DNA of 48,968 bases from Octopus sinensis (lineage: Eukaryota): assembly GCF_006345805.1 (NCBI RefSeq), contig NW_021835334.1:1-48968 (forward strand), given 5' to 3'. A model generated the notes under the pieces. That model did not search any database and had not been told where the DNA came from. It saw nothing but the letters and a program-made list of their open reading frames with translations. Below are positions 11,390 to 23,461 of the stretch, piece by piece (position 1 is the first letter of the stretch; the number at the start of each line of letters is the position of its first letter). The translations under genes and the position numbers were made by a program.

Positions 11390-11960
11390 CCGGCCTCTTC
11401 CACCACCACCACCACCACCACCGCCGCCAAAACTACAACCGCAACTGCTTCCACCATCGCCATCAACATCACCAGCACCATCACCAGCACCATCACCACA
11501 AACCTAATCAGCAGCGGCACAACCACCACCACCAACGAAACCACCGCCACCACTACCACCACCAACGAAACCACCACCACCAAGACTAGCACCACAACCA
11601 TCACCGCCACCACCACCACCACCACCACCATCGACACCACTACCGCTGCCACCAGTCACCATGAATACCAGCCCTACCAGAACCTCCACCACTGTCACCA
11701 CCAGTATCACTACCACCAGCACCACCAGCAGAACCAACGCCGCCATCACCACCACTACCACCACTACCGCACCATCACAGCTACTACTACCACTACTACC
11801 ACTACCACCGCCACCACTACGACGAACATCCCGTCTATCACTGCCCCTCCCCACCAACATGAAACAACTCCGCAACCACCACCACCACCACAACGATGAC
11901 TACCGACCCTCCTCAACCACCATCCCTCCCCACCATCGCACCCCATCAACATCCACCCAT
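11390..11960. repeat. Degenerate (ACC)n/(ACT)n tract
   Basis: Read directly; open in several frames simply because ACC repeats lack stops. Confidence 0.9.
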
Positions 11961-12214
11961 CCCAACGTTCACCAATTTCGGTTTCCCTTCAGCTCAGCTG
12001 CTGTCATCAGTCATTAATTGGCAGGTTAGCGCATGCGTAACAACAACTTTAGATCCGCTGGTTTGATCCATATCAACTGGAAGTGCAAAGCGCATATTTT
12101 TCTACTCGCGTATGTGTGATATACATACACACACAGAGGCATACACACGCACACACACATACAGTCACATACACACACCACACACAACACCAAACACACA
12201 GATGTATGTATCTA

Positions 12215-12260
<46 letters not shown>

Positions 12261-12278
12261 TATATATATATATATGCA

Positions 12279-12485
12279 TACCAACCTCCCCTCTCCACAC
12301 CACTGATGTTATCCAAGGAAAAGGCAAAGGGGCCGATACAGCTTGGCACCAGTGATGTCACAACTCATTTCTACAGCTGAGTGAACTCGTGCAACGTGAA
12401 ATAACGCGTCTTGCTCAAGAACAACACACAGCCCGGTCCGGGAATCGAACACACAACCTCTCAATCGTAAGCTCTATCCTCTAAC

Positions 12486-12489
<4 letters not shown>
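12279..12489 (-). mobile_element. Family T SINE
   Basis: Plus strand AACTCATTTCTACAGCTGAGTGAAC..GTCTTGCTCAAGAAC..GGGAATCGAAC..CTAACCACT is the reverse of the tRNA head plus core. Confidence 0.85.
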
Positions 12490-12548
<59 letters not shown>

Positions 12549-12598
12549 TATATATAATATATATATATAATATATATATATATAATATATATATATAT
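12489..12598. repeat. (TA)n microsatellite
   Basis: Read directly from the sequence. Confidence 0.95.
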
Positions 12599-12599
12599 A

Positions 12600-12790
12600 A
12601 AGTTAATCCAAACAAGAAAGCACAAAAAAAAAACACAACAACGCGAGGACGTGGAACAAATATAGTATTATTGGACGCTCAGGAAAGAAGGAAAGAAGGA
12701 GGGCTTAACGTGTCGAGCGGAGCTCTTCGTCGGAAACACAGGAGAAGGAAAGATCCAGAGAAGGGAAGACAGAGGAAAAAAATCGGTACA
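12600..12790 (-). mobile_element. Short Penelope-like element (subfamily A)
   Basis: Reverse complement aligns end to end with 40205-40402, with the same boundaries (CGATTTTTTTCC ... TTGGATTAACT then TA repeat). Confidence 0.7.
12703..12737 (-). ncRNA. Degenerate minimal hammerhead-like motif
   Basis: Minus strand GTTT-CCGACGA-A-GAGC(TCC)GCTC-GAC-ACGT-T-AAGC: stem II intact, GAAA mutated to GACA, one stem I mismatch. Confidence 0.45.
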
Positions 12791-13794
12791 CACGCGGTCA
12801 GCTTATTAAACTGAAATATATCTTTGAATAACAATTGTAATTTGCTTTGTAGAGCATGCTATAAATGTATAAATATATAGGACAATAGTCCGTAGTAGTG
12901 ATAACAAAAATATCACCAACTTAAAAGTGGGAACTGTTATGCATTTTAATTTGATATCGGAACAATAACGCGTGGGTCTCGGCAGCGAGTCGACGACGTG
13001 CTTTCTCAGTAGTAATCGCTTCAAGTTGAGACGCATTCACGTCGTCTTCAGGGGAGGTAATACAAAGCAAGGTAATAGCTTTTAGTTTCAGTTTATAATT
13101 GGACGCATTTGGTGGAAACTAGAATACAACAAACTCCGCAAAACTCTCTGAGTGTAAAAGATCTTCATGAGAATCTCGAACAATCCTTACTTGGTGCTAA
13201 TTGATTCCTCAAAACCCGGACATCAGTCTGTGAAGATATCGCTGACAGGATAAATATTTATTGTAATCCCTAGAGGTTCTTCCTCCTCTTATTCTTCGTT
13301 ATCAATCCTTAATATCTACCGTTCTTCAGCGCTTTAGGTTAAGGTCATGCTGGAGCAAAGTCTTTGGGGGTCAATTTTGTACATATGTCCAGCTATCAAA
13401 TATTTATATTTTTTATATTTTATCTAGTTTCAGCTCACGAGCTGTGGCCATTTATGTTTGATTTTTTTTTCTGTACACGTATAAACATTTGCGTATGAAT
13501 AATCCGGGATGCTAGAAGAAAACGCATCCTTACCGAAGGCTAAGCTAATCTTTGAGATTAGCTCCCTTTCTTATATGGGGCTGTTCTCAGTTGCCATTTC
13601 GTAATTACAACACATCCTCTAGAGGCGGAGACGATGATAATACATCAAGACTATTATGTTGTATGGTATTTGATATACCTGTATTTGGCCTGGTTTTCAA
13701 TGGCACTCTGAAAATGGAGGATTAAGCACCACATTCATTCATTGACATACCCACTAACACCCCCCTCACGCACACACACACGAATGATGGGCTA

Positions 13795-13925
13795 CATTCA
13801 GTTTCCAAATCCACTCGCAAGGCTTTGGTCGTCCCAGGGTTTGTAGAAAGCATTTACACAAAGTACCACGCAGTGAGACTGAACCCAGAACCATGTGGTT
13901 GACCAGGAAGCCTCTTACCACACAA
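13795..13925 (-). mobile_element. Family C SINE head and core, diverged
   Basis: CAGTTTCCAAATCCACTCGCAAGGCTTTGGTC..CACGCAGTGAGACTGAACCCAGAACCATGTGG. Confidence 0.8.
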
Positions 13926-14647
13926 TATATATACCTCTCTCTCTCTTTCTCTCTCTCACTCTCTCTATCTATCTACCTGTTTGTCTGCTTGTCTATCTAC
14001 CTATCTGTTTGTCTGTCTATCTATCTGTGTGTGTGTGTTTGTGTGTTTGCGAGCGTGCGATGTGAGGTGCCGTTTATTTGTGTATGACACGTGTCAGTGT
14101 GATGTACCTCAATGCGCGGTGCGAGCGAGCAGCGTCATTTGAATTCGGTTAACGAGTCAACTCCACTAATTACCTCATAACAACAATTACCAACAAACGA
14201 CGACCGGCCGACAACACCAGCAACACTAACAGCAGCAGTATTATCATTATTATGGTTAATAGGGCAGTAGCAGCAGCAGCAGCAGCAACATCAGCAACAG
14301 TAGTAGTAATATCGTTATTATGATTTATACAGCAGCAACAACAAGAGCAGCAGCAGCAGCTGTTGTAGCGGCAGCAGTAGTCATAGCATTGTTGTAACTG
14401 TAATAGTAGTAGCAGTATGAGCAGCGGCAGCAGTTGTAGTTTAGTAGTAGTAGTAGTAGTAGCAGCAGCAGCAGCAGCAAAATAGTAGTACTAGTCACTG
14501 TAACAAAGAGACCGCTGCCATGAAAAATAACCAGTATTATAATTGTTTTTCAAATTTTGGCACAAGGCCAGCAATTTTAGGGTGGGACTGAAGACGGGGT
14601 GGGGTGGCGTGGGATGGTTAGTTGTTTACATCAAACCTCAGTATCTT

Positions 14648-14920
14648 ATTTCTTTACTACCCACAAGGGGCTAAACACAGAGGGGACAAACAAGGACAGA
14701 CAAAGGGATTAAGTCGATAGTATCGACCCAGTGCGTAACTGGTACTTATTTAATCGACCCCGAAAGGATGAAAGGTAAAATCGACCTCGGCGGAATTTGA
14801 ACTCAGAACGTGTAGACAGACGAAATACCTATTTCTTTACTACCCACAAGGGGCTAAACACAGAGGGGACAAACAGGGACAGACAAACGGATTAAGTTGA
14901 TTATATCGACCACAGTGCGT
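14648..14920 (-). mobile_element. Family M SINE head-truncated tandem dimer
   Basis: Tail TATTTCTTTACTACCCACAAGGGGCTAAACACAGAGGGGAC occurs at ~14648 and ~14829, joined through GAAATACC|TATTTC. Confidence 0.85.
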
Positions 14921-14980
14921 TGAACTCACAACCTTACAATTGTGAGCGGAATGCCCTAACCACTAAGCCACGTACCTTCA
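14920..14980 (-). mobile_element. Family T SINE head fragment fused to the family M copy
   Basis: GAACTCACAACCTTACAATTGTGAGCGGAATGCCCTAACCACTAAGCCACG. Confidence 0.7.
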
Positions 14981-15339
14981 CACACACACACATGCTAGTA
15001 TATATGTATGTGTGTATGTACGTACATGCATGCGCACGTGTGTCTCTGTGCATGTGTGCGTGTGCGTGCGTGTGGGTGTGTTTGCGCGCGCACATAGCAG
15101 TAAATATAAATACATACGGAGCACACGCTCGGGTATTTATCTATAAGAAGGACCCAAGTGTTTTCCATGAGACTCCGTTAAGCTAGCAACCAAGTGGGTG
15201 ACTTATTAACCACTACACAAATAGGCCTGGACGAAATTCGAGTCTAAAACGCCAACATCCGAAACATAGACTTGCAAGTTTTACCGCCAATCGAGACAAC
15301 AACGATTGCGGCAATTATTTCTTCCGCCATTTTGTACTT

Positions 15340-16345
15340 TGGTTATCGAATCCAGGAAGATGTAAGACAAAGCTGATTTCTGCCTAATTTGAATACAAAG
15401 AGACAGAATAAATTGTCCAAATGTATAGGTGTGTCTGACGTGCAAAGATGTCTGTTATTTCGTCCCATAAACACTAAAGTCGTTTCATTCCAACTGCCGA
15501 TTCTTCGCTAGCAGTTCTTATACGAGATTATTTGCGTTAGTAGTTTGATTGCTAGGAAATTTGTGTTGATGTTTAACCCCAAATCAAACATAATTGAAAA
15601 GATCTTTGATCAAATGCATTCTGTTTGTGAATATAGGCGCATGAGTGGCTGTGTGGTAAGTAGGTTGCTTACCAACCACATGGTTCCGGGTTCAGTCCCA
15701 CTGCGTGGCACTTTGGGCAAGTGTCCTCTACTATAGCCTCGTTTGTCCCCCTAACATCGCTTGACAACCGATGCTTGTGTGTTTACGTCCCCGTAACTTA
15801 GCAGTTCGGCAAAAGATACCGATAGAATAAGTACTAGGCTTACAATGAATAAGACCCTGGGTCGATTTGCTCGACTAAAGGTGGTGCTCCAGCATGGCCG
15901 CAGTCAAATGACTGAAACAAGTAAAAGAGAGTAAAGAGTATCACGTCTTTTTTTTTTTATCTCCTCGAAAAACCATCACTTTAAGACAGTAAGGTATGAT
16001 TGTTTGGGAATTCGAGTGTCTACGTAAAGATTCATTCATTGGTCGGCGGTGATTTTCTGGAAGGATGACTGAGAAGATGCAAGGAGAGGTTGATGTCGGC
16101 ATAATTTGAACGTAGAATACAAAGAGACAGAACAAATCGTCCAAATATATTTGTTTGTCTGACGCACAAAGGAGTCTCTCATTTCGTCCCATAAAGACTA
16201 ACGTTGTTTCATCCCAGCTGCCGATTCTTCGTTAGTTACGAGATTATCAGTGTTAGAAGCTCGATTGTTTAGAAATCTGTTGTTGATGTTTAACTCCAAA
16301 TCAACCTTAATTGAAAAGATCTTTGATCAAATACATTCCCTGAGT
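15340..16345. repeat. Old diverged direct duplication (~285 bp units at ~15340-15625 and ~16065-16345)
   Basis: Shared blocks AATACAAAGAGACAGAA, TTTCGTCCCATAAA, CTGCCGATTCTTCG, TTGATGTTTAAC.CCAAATCAA, TAATTGAAAAGATCTTTGATCAAAT. Confidence 0.85.
15645..15938 (+). mobile_element. Family C SINE with internal deletion
   Basis: GGCTGTGTGGTAAGTAGG..GGCACTTTGGGCAAGTG..ATAGCCTC joined directly to GTTTGTCCCCC, then the tail. Confidence 0.88.
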
Positions 16346-16364
16346 GAATATCTCGTTTTTTTTT

Positions 16365-16555
16365 AGGCAGCGTGCTGGCAGAATCGTTCGCGAGGCGGGT
16401 GTAAATTTAGCCACAAATCGTCTGTGTTTATGTTCTGAGTTCAAATTCCGACGAGTCCGACCTTGTCTTTCATCCAATAAGAACCAGTTGAACATTAAGC
16501 TCGATGTAATCGACGAGTCTCTCCTCTTGAAATTGCTGGCCTTGTGTTAAAACTT
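16365..16555 (+). mobile_element. Family M SINE, diverged
   Basis: GCTGGCAGAATCGTT..TTCTGAGTTCAAATTCCG..GAAATTGCTGGCCTTGTG. Confidence 0.75.
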
Positions 16556-17635
16556 AAAACAATATCTCATCTTTTTTTTTATTTCGTTACCTCCTAAATC
16601 CATAATTTTCAGATAGTTAGATATGATTTGATGCACATTTAACTGTTCTGTCTAGCAGATCGAGTGTCTACGTAGAGGTTCATTTATTGGTTCGACGTTG
16701 ATTGTCTGAGAGAGCTCCACAGCGGTAACCTACTCCGTCTGTATCTCTCAAGACATCGCTCTTGATTGCCTTTAATGATACCTTACTAATTGGTTCCCCC
16801 CGTCACCAGCCTCTCCTTTTTCCCGCCTCTCGTCTCGCTGATTTCACCTCGTTCACATTCGCATACTACACATGCGCACATTAACACACACACACACACA
16901 CACATATGCATTTCATGGTCATAGACGCATATGCGCATACATGTCACACACACACACATGCATTTCATACACACCCACGCATACACAGTATCGTCTACAT
17001 ATTCACAAAATCAGATATGGACACAAACACACACACGTACGAACGCATAATCAGACGCATACACACAAATACACGCACACACACACATAAACACATACGC
17101 ACATTCATGTACAAGCTTTACTCGCAATTAGACAAACGTACACATACGCACACATTTCTCGCACACACTCACATACCCTCATGGATTCACAAAACACACA
17201 CATACACAGAGCCACACAGAGCCACACAGCCACACAGACACATACACATCTCCAAACACACAAATACACACGGTGATATGTCATAATTCGAAACACGTAC
17301 ATTTTACACAAACCACACTCACACATCCACAGCTCATTACGTACACACAAGCCTTTCATAGAACCGCGCATACATTTCACAGACACTAACATCTTAAGAT
17401 TCACAAAGCCACATTTCACGGACACACGGACACACGTATATATATATAAATTTTGCACAAACGTACTTACATTTGCATTTATCGAAAAATCCGAACAGAT
17501 TCAATCAGACAACTGCATTTATACAAGCAATCACTCCATTGAGTAAAAGTACATGCTTACTCAAAGAAGCATATACTACGTTTAAGTACGCACGCATTCA
17601 TACTCACACAGGTAAACACACAACACACGCACACA

Positions 17636-17708
<73 letters not shown>

Positions 17709-18074
17709 GTACAAACGCGCATTTCTGCAAAAAAGATGTCGAACATTACGTTGCATACCCTCGCAAAGAGTAACCGGTAGACATGGAAACGCTTATGTAG
17801 TTAAATGGATCTCCGTTGGTATCGACGATGACTCCTTCACTTCAATCACATGAAGAATCTTATTCATATGAAAATAGTATGCAAAGTGGGTGAGTATTCC
17901 GTAGGTACATGCATTCATAACATAACCCAGAGACATCGTGATACAAAGTCTGTGACAAAGCGGGCGCGTTTAAGGGATGTAAATCCATCCGGCGGGTTTC
18001 CGTACAGTTTCCGTCTAACCTAATTTCTCTCACAAGCCTTGGATCAATTTGTGTCTGTGTGTAATAGGTACTTG

Positions 18075-18530
18075 ACCTCCTCCTCCTTCTTATCCTCCCC
18101 TCTTTAGTCTCCTCCTTATCCTTTTACTCCTTATTCTCCTCCTTATCGTCCTCGTTATCCTCCTCTTTATTCTCCTCCTTCTTCTTTACCTTCTCCTTCT
18201 TTTCCTCCTCCTCCTCCTCCTCCTGCTTATCCTCCTACTCCTTATCCTCCTTCTTTTCCCGCCTTCTCCTCCTTCTCTTCCTCCTTCTCCTCCTCTTTAT
18301 TCCCCGCCTTATTCTCCTCCTCTTTATTCCCCGCCTTATTCTCCTCCTTATAGTTATCCTCCTCCTCCTCCATCTTCTTATCCTCCTCCTCCTTATCTTC
18401 CTCCTTATCCTCCTCTTTATTCCCCTCCTTATTCTCCTCCTTATACTTATCCTCCTCCTTCTTCTTCTCATCCTCCTCCTCCTTCTTATCCTCTTCCTCC
18501 TCCTCCTCCTTTTTATCCTTATCCTCCTTG
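18075..18530. repeat. ~450 bp homopyrimidine/homopurine (CCT/CTT)-derived tract with higher-order subrepeat
   Basis: Unit CCTCTTTATTCCCC(G/T)CCTTATTCTCCT recurs three times among degenerate CCT repeats. Confidence 0.9.
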
Positions 18531-18968
18531 TAAAGGTAATTTTGAGAAGAAGCGGGAAATACTGTTTCCCAGGAACTTTATCGAAAGGTCGCTGGTTTGT
18601 CCGAGTGAATGAGATTGATCAGAGCATGCGCTTCAAGGCTGATGGGGGAAGGTGGGGAGAAGACACTTGCCCTAAGGGTCAGGGTCGCTGTGGGATTTTT
18701 TGTGGGGTTTCAGAGATGTCTCTCTTTCCGGCAATTATGGCGTTTATTTGTTTCCGTTATTTTCTAAGACCGTCAACGCTGAACCAATGAATGAGCCATT
18801 ACGTGATCACTCGATCTGCTAGAAAGAGCAGTTAAATCACATCTTACTGTCTTCAAAAAAGTGGGATTTTGGTGGTGAAAAAAAATACAACAGACGAGGA
18901 ATAAAATGCGATTACCAAAAAAATCTCTAAATAACCTTAAATTATATCGTAATAATAAAGAAACCATT

Positions 18969-19116
18969 CTTCTTCTTCTTTTCTCCTCCTCCTCCTCCTC
19001 CTCCTTCTTCTTCTTCTTCTTCTTCTTCTTCTTCTTCTTCTTCTTCTTTTTTCTTCTTTTTTCTTCTTTTCTTCTTTTTCTTCTTTCTTCTTCTTCTTCT
19101 TCTTCTTCTTCTTCTT

Positions 19117-19180
<64 letters not shown>

Positions 19181-19203
19181 TACTACTACTATTATTATTA
19201 TTA
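18969..19203. repeat. Compound (CCT)-(CTT)n-(CTA)n-(TTA)n microsatellite
   Basis: Read directly from the sequence. Confidence 0.95.
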
Positions 19204-19379
19204 TCGTTTGGGTTGTTCGTACGTTGTATTGGTTCCCGAAAGTTTATTAAATCTCGTTGGAAATCTTGTTTGTTCTTGTAAACTATTGTCGTAGCTTTCA
19301 AATGGAAACTCTACATTACTGAGTGAAGAGGAAGTCTGTTAAAGTGTGCCCCACAGGGCACTATTTTTGCGATATATTT

Positions 19380-20750
19380 GTTTTCGTCTGTTTTTTTTTT
19401 ATCATCGTCTGTTTGAAGTTATGGTGACAACAGCGATCAGGATCAGATTCAAAGAGAAGGCAGCCGAAAAAAATTTGGCATATCAATACAAGCTTATACG
19501 AGAACAACAAGAACAAGAACAACGACGACGACAACGGCAAAAACAAAACCGACAAAATCAACAACAGCAGCAGCGGCGGCAACAGCAGCAGCAGCCATCA
19601 CAAGATCAAGAATAAAGTCGAAGACAAAGTAGATGACGAGTCTAACTTCAAGGTCGGCCGTCTTTTGGTTGGATGGCAACGACATTGAACACAATGCTTC
19701 TAACTCTTTCTAAACGAGAAGTAAGCACACCTAACACAGCCGAGATATCGTGTGAAGACGAATGAGAGGAGAGCCCCAAAAGCACTCCCAGCTGAGGCTT
19801 AGGCAGCCACTGTCCAGAAGACAGTTTTGTATTGCTGTATATCGACTAAGATCCAACGCATAGAAGCAACGCCACACACCCGTGTGGAAAGAGCCCACAA
19901 ACAAATCTGGGCGGAAATTGAACATGTGACCAAGACAAGGCAAATCAGGATTTTTGAGATCCTTTATCAGAGCTAAGCCCTCGTACTGAAACAAACTACA
20001 GCTACCATCATATTTAAGGTAAAGAAACCTGTTGAGTTAAGGTACTGAAAGAATTCCATTTTGGTTGACATTTTGTGGCTGTTAGCATGTGTTACTTTAG
20101 AGGGGAGTGACACACACTTGGAGCTGAAACGAACGTAGTAGGAAATTTCGTCTAGAACCACAGTGGAAATCCTCTTCCAGATCAAACCAAACCAAGGTGG
20201 AAAAGATCCCAGATCTTATCAATCTGATTAATGAAGTAGAGATGGATGGAAAAAATAAACTGGCAGATTATCCAACTAAGAGCAGATATATATTTTTTCT
20301 GCTTGAAGCAAGCAAAGGGAAAATTAATAAACCCAACAAACTAATAAGAATAATTACTAAACATGACATTTATATGAAAACAAAGGTTTCACAGATTGAA
20401 ATCCTCACACAAAAACTACAATTAGAAACCAAACGAGTGGCAAGATAAAAAAAAAAAACGCACAACATTCCATAGACAAAACAAACTATTCAAGGAGAAC
20501 ACAAAAGCGATCTGCAAATTGAAATGACAGGGCAAAGAAACTCACTGCTATTTCTTGCCGATCGAGCGACTGCATAGAGATTCCTTCATTGGAGGGAGCA
20601 TATGGGGAACAGGCAAAATGACGAGTACGGTGTTGAATAATTTTTAAACTTGGCATGCTTGATGGGGTGGATGGGTCAATGACTAGATGAAGGAAACGCT
20701 ATCTTCATCTTTTAATTGATTCAGTCAGTAGACTATGGTCGTTCTTAGGT
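19380..20750 (+). mobile_element. Decayed R4/Dong-like non-LTR retrotransposon, N-terminal ORF region
   Basis: Collinear peptides AAEKNLAYQYKLI (resembles V.EQ.LADQ.R.I), TPVWKE (resembles PPWKR), EILTQKLQLETKRVAR* and FHRQNKLFKENTKA (resembles QKLQAK..RL.RY...RQNK.F..N.K.FY). Many stops. Clade call is from memory of R4/Dong ORFs. Confidence 0.55.
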
Positions 20751-20772
20751 ACAGCAAAAAAAAAAAAAAAAA

Positions 20773-20847
20773 TGCGACTACGGAGGATCGAACACTGCAC
20801 ATCAGAGATATCGGCTGAGCGTTTTGTACCATTAGCCCAAGCGGTAC
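20773..20847 (-). pseudogene. tRNA-sized Pol III-type relic (A box, B box, T-run); not a canonical tRNA
   Basis: Minus strand 75 nt GTACCGCTTGGGCTAATGGTAC...GCAGTGTTCGATCCTCCGTAGTCGCA followed by T17. The acceptor stem does not pair. Confidence 0.45.
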
Positions 20848-21244
20848 TGACGAATTTCGAAATAAGTCTTTTAATGTATATCATTTTTTCCCTCAGAAAG
20901 AGAAAGAGAGAGAGAGAAAGATAGGGAGAGGGAGGGGAGAGATATAAGGAGAGGCAGAGAGAGAGAGTGACAGTGACAGTGAAAGAGAGAGATAGGGAGA
21001 GAGGAGTAAGAGAATGAGTGAGTATATAACGGTAGGTTGTGATGTGTGCGTGTGTGTGTGTGTGTTAATGCGTATAGGGGAAAAATTTGGAGATAAAGAG
21101 GAAAGGAAAAAAAAATTGCCGAAGAAGAGAAAGAACGGAAGAAGCAGACCAAATAACGAAATATATCAGGAAAAGTCTGGAGTGATTTTAATGATGAAGA
21201 AATGGAGAAACAGAGTAAAGAACAGACAGAGAGTATGAGGGAAA

Positions 21245-21325
<81 letters not shown>

Positions 21326-21451
21326 AGAGGCAGAGAGAATGAGTGAGAAATGGAGAGAGAGAATGATTCGTGTGTGTGCGTGCTCGCTTATACATACATT
21401 CACACACACACACACACGTGTGTATATATATATACATACATATATACATAC

Positions 21452-21509
<58 letters not shown>

Positions 21510-22018
21510 ATGTATGTATGTATGTATGTATGTATGTATGTATGTATGTGTGTATGTATGTATGTATGTATGTATGTGTGTATGTATGTATGTATGTATG
21601 TGGCTACACTAACAGTGGGACGAATTTTAATGATGGTATCTTGTATGCTAATTAGCTCTTATGTAAGAATTTCCTGTTGAAATAACTGTCAGAGAATCGG
21701 AGTAGATTCTTCTCTGTAAAGATTGTGTAATACAGGCGAAATAATTGCGTTCCTCTGCACGCACAGAGAGATGGAAGGCAAACGAATACACCCACACCCA
21801 CATGTAGAGACACACACTGAGATATATGTATCTATATATGTATATATATGTAGGTACATATTTATGTATATATATATGTGTGTGTGCGTGTGTGTAAATT
21901 TATTTCATATATGTAATTTTAATGTATATATGTATATATGTTTAAATATGTATGTGTGTGTATGTATGTATATCGGCAGATAGATAGGTAGGTAGATAAA
22001 TATTTATTGATTTCATTA

Positions 22019-22143
<125 letters not shown>

Positions 22144-22783
22144 GAGTGTGTGCATCTGCGTGCGTGTGTGTATGTGCACGCTCGTCTGTGTATATTTACA
22201 CTGATATGCTTTTGTATATATGTGTGTGTGTGTGTTGGCGGGAAAGAAACGAAGTGGTAAAAATAGATGAAAGATTCCCATTCAGAAATCGATGGAAAAT
22301 GTTTCCACCTTGGTATTTCCAATCATGCATTCTGAAGTGTCTCTCAGAGAGTTTTGTTGGCCACAAACGGGTTTTCCTGTCAACGGAAACCTTACTTCGT
22401 ATAAAAATTCAGAACTAAACGTTCAAATCTGATCAGATATTTACTGGATGAAGGCGCTTGACAGTCAGGTATTAATATACTGGCCACGTAAATTAGATGT
22501 TAAGCACCCCCCCCCCGCTCGATCATTAACGTACGACTTGCTTTGTAGGTGTGTTTGGTTGTCTCGGTCATTAATACGTCTCATCTGTTATCTATCTGCT
22601 TACTTCAGCCCTCATGTATCAAACATACCAACAACCAACCTCAGCAGTCAAGCATTTGTAATCACAATCATTTAATAAGCGGTATTCATCAACAAAACAC
22701 AATTCGTTCTATCCAAGTGTGAGGGACCATCCTCTGGGTGACTACTTCTGACAACGTCTTTTTTGATGTCCAGGACAATCGTT

Positions 22784-22906
22784 TCTACTCCAGGCACAAG
22801 GTCCGAAATTTTGGGGGTGAGGCGCCAGTCGATTAGATCGACCCGAGTACGCAACTGGTACTTAATTTATCGACCTCGAAAGGATGAAAAGCAAAGTCGA
22901 CTTTGT
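22784..22906 (-). mobile_element. Family M SINE 3' half
   Basis: TTTCTACTCCAGGCACAAGG..AGTCGATTAGATCGACCC..TATCGACCTCGAAAGGATGAAAAGCAAAGTCGAC. Confidence 0.85.
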
Positions 22907-22978
22907 CTAGAACAATACTTAAGAACAGTTCAAGATAGAACCATCTCCTTTTATCTCAGCCGGCTGCTGCTGCTGCTG

Positions 22979-23012
<34 letters not shown>

Positions 23013-23461
23013 AACAACAACATGGGTGTCTTCTCTATTCGGAGGTAAAGAGATCCGCCATCATCAGTAGCAAAGCTTTATTTCCCACTTGACAGCTTCT
23101 GTTCTCCATGGCATCGATATCTGCCTCAGTTCTCTTCTGCCTCTAATTTTGATCACACGCCACCATTCTTCTCCAGTTAGCTTCCACATTCCTTCTCCAC
23201 TCAGCATCTGTCACCAGCATCATGTAGCATTTAGTACGGTGTATCTAGAATTATTTTCCATTCATAAGCTTCCATACCTAGCACACAACTTGCGTCAATG
23301 TCCAGCCAGCACTTTACTTTTCTGCACATCTAGCAGTTTTTTGTGTGAGCAGATGCGTGTGTGTGTGCGTGTGTGTGTGCGTGTGTGCGTGCGTGTGTGT
23401 GTGTGTGGTGTGTGTATGTGTGTGTGTGTGTGTGTAGGTGCCTGCTACAAAAGAAAAAAGA

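Noticed and set aside
11285-11899. 204-aa Thr/His-rich mucin-like ORF
   Set aside because: Trinucleotide repeat open in several frames on both strands, with no signal peptide or splice support.
12986-13051. Minus-strand CTGAAGA followed by a 9-bp inverted repeat (GACGACGTG/CACGTCGTC), a possible fourth hammerhead
   Set aside because: No GAAA after either possible stem II and no stem I; at best a very decayed Penelope end.
13543-13563. 9-bp perfect hairpin AGCTAATCT/AGATTAGCT with inverted TAATC sites
   Set aside because: Isolated and short; nothing else supports a function.
18235-18471. Arg-rich ORF resembling a protamine
   Set aside because: It is the translation of a degenerate (AGG/AAG)n tract. 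It lacks the Ser/Tyr pattern of cephalopod protamines and is embedded in a longer identical-type repeat.
23090-23335. Possible RTE-type LINE 3' coding remnant on the minus strand
   Set aside because: Only two vague motif echoes; not enough to call without a search.
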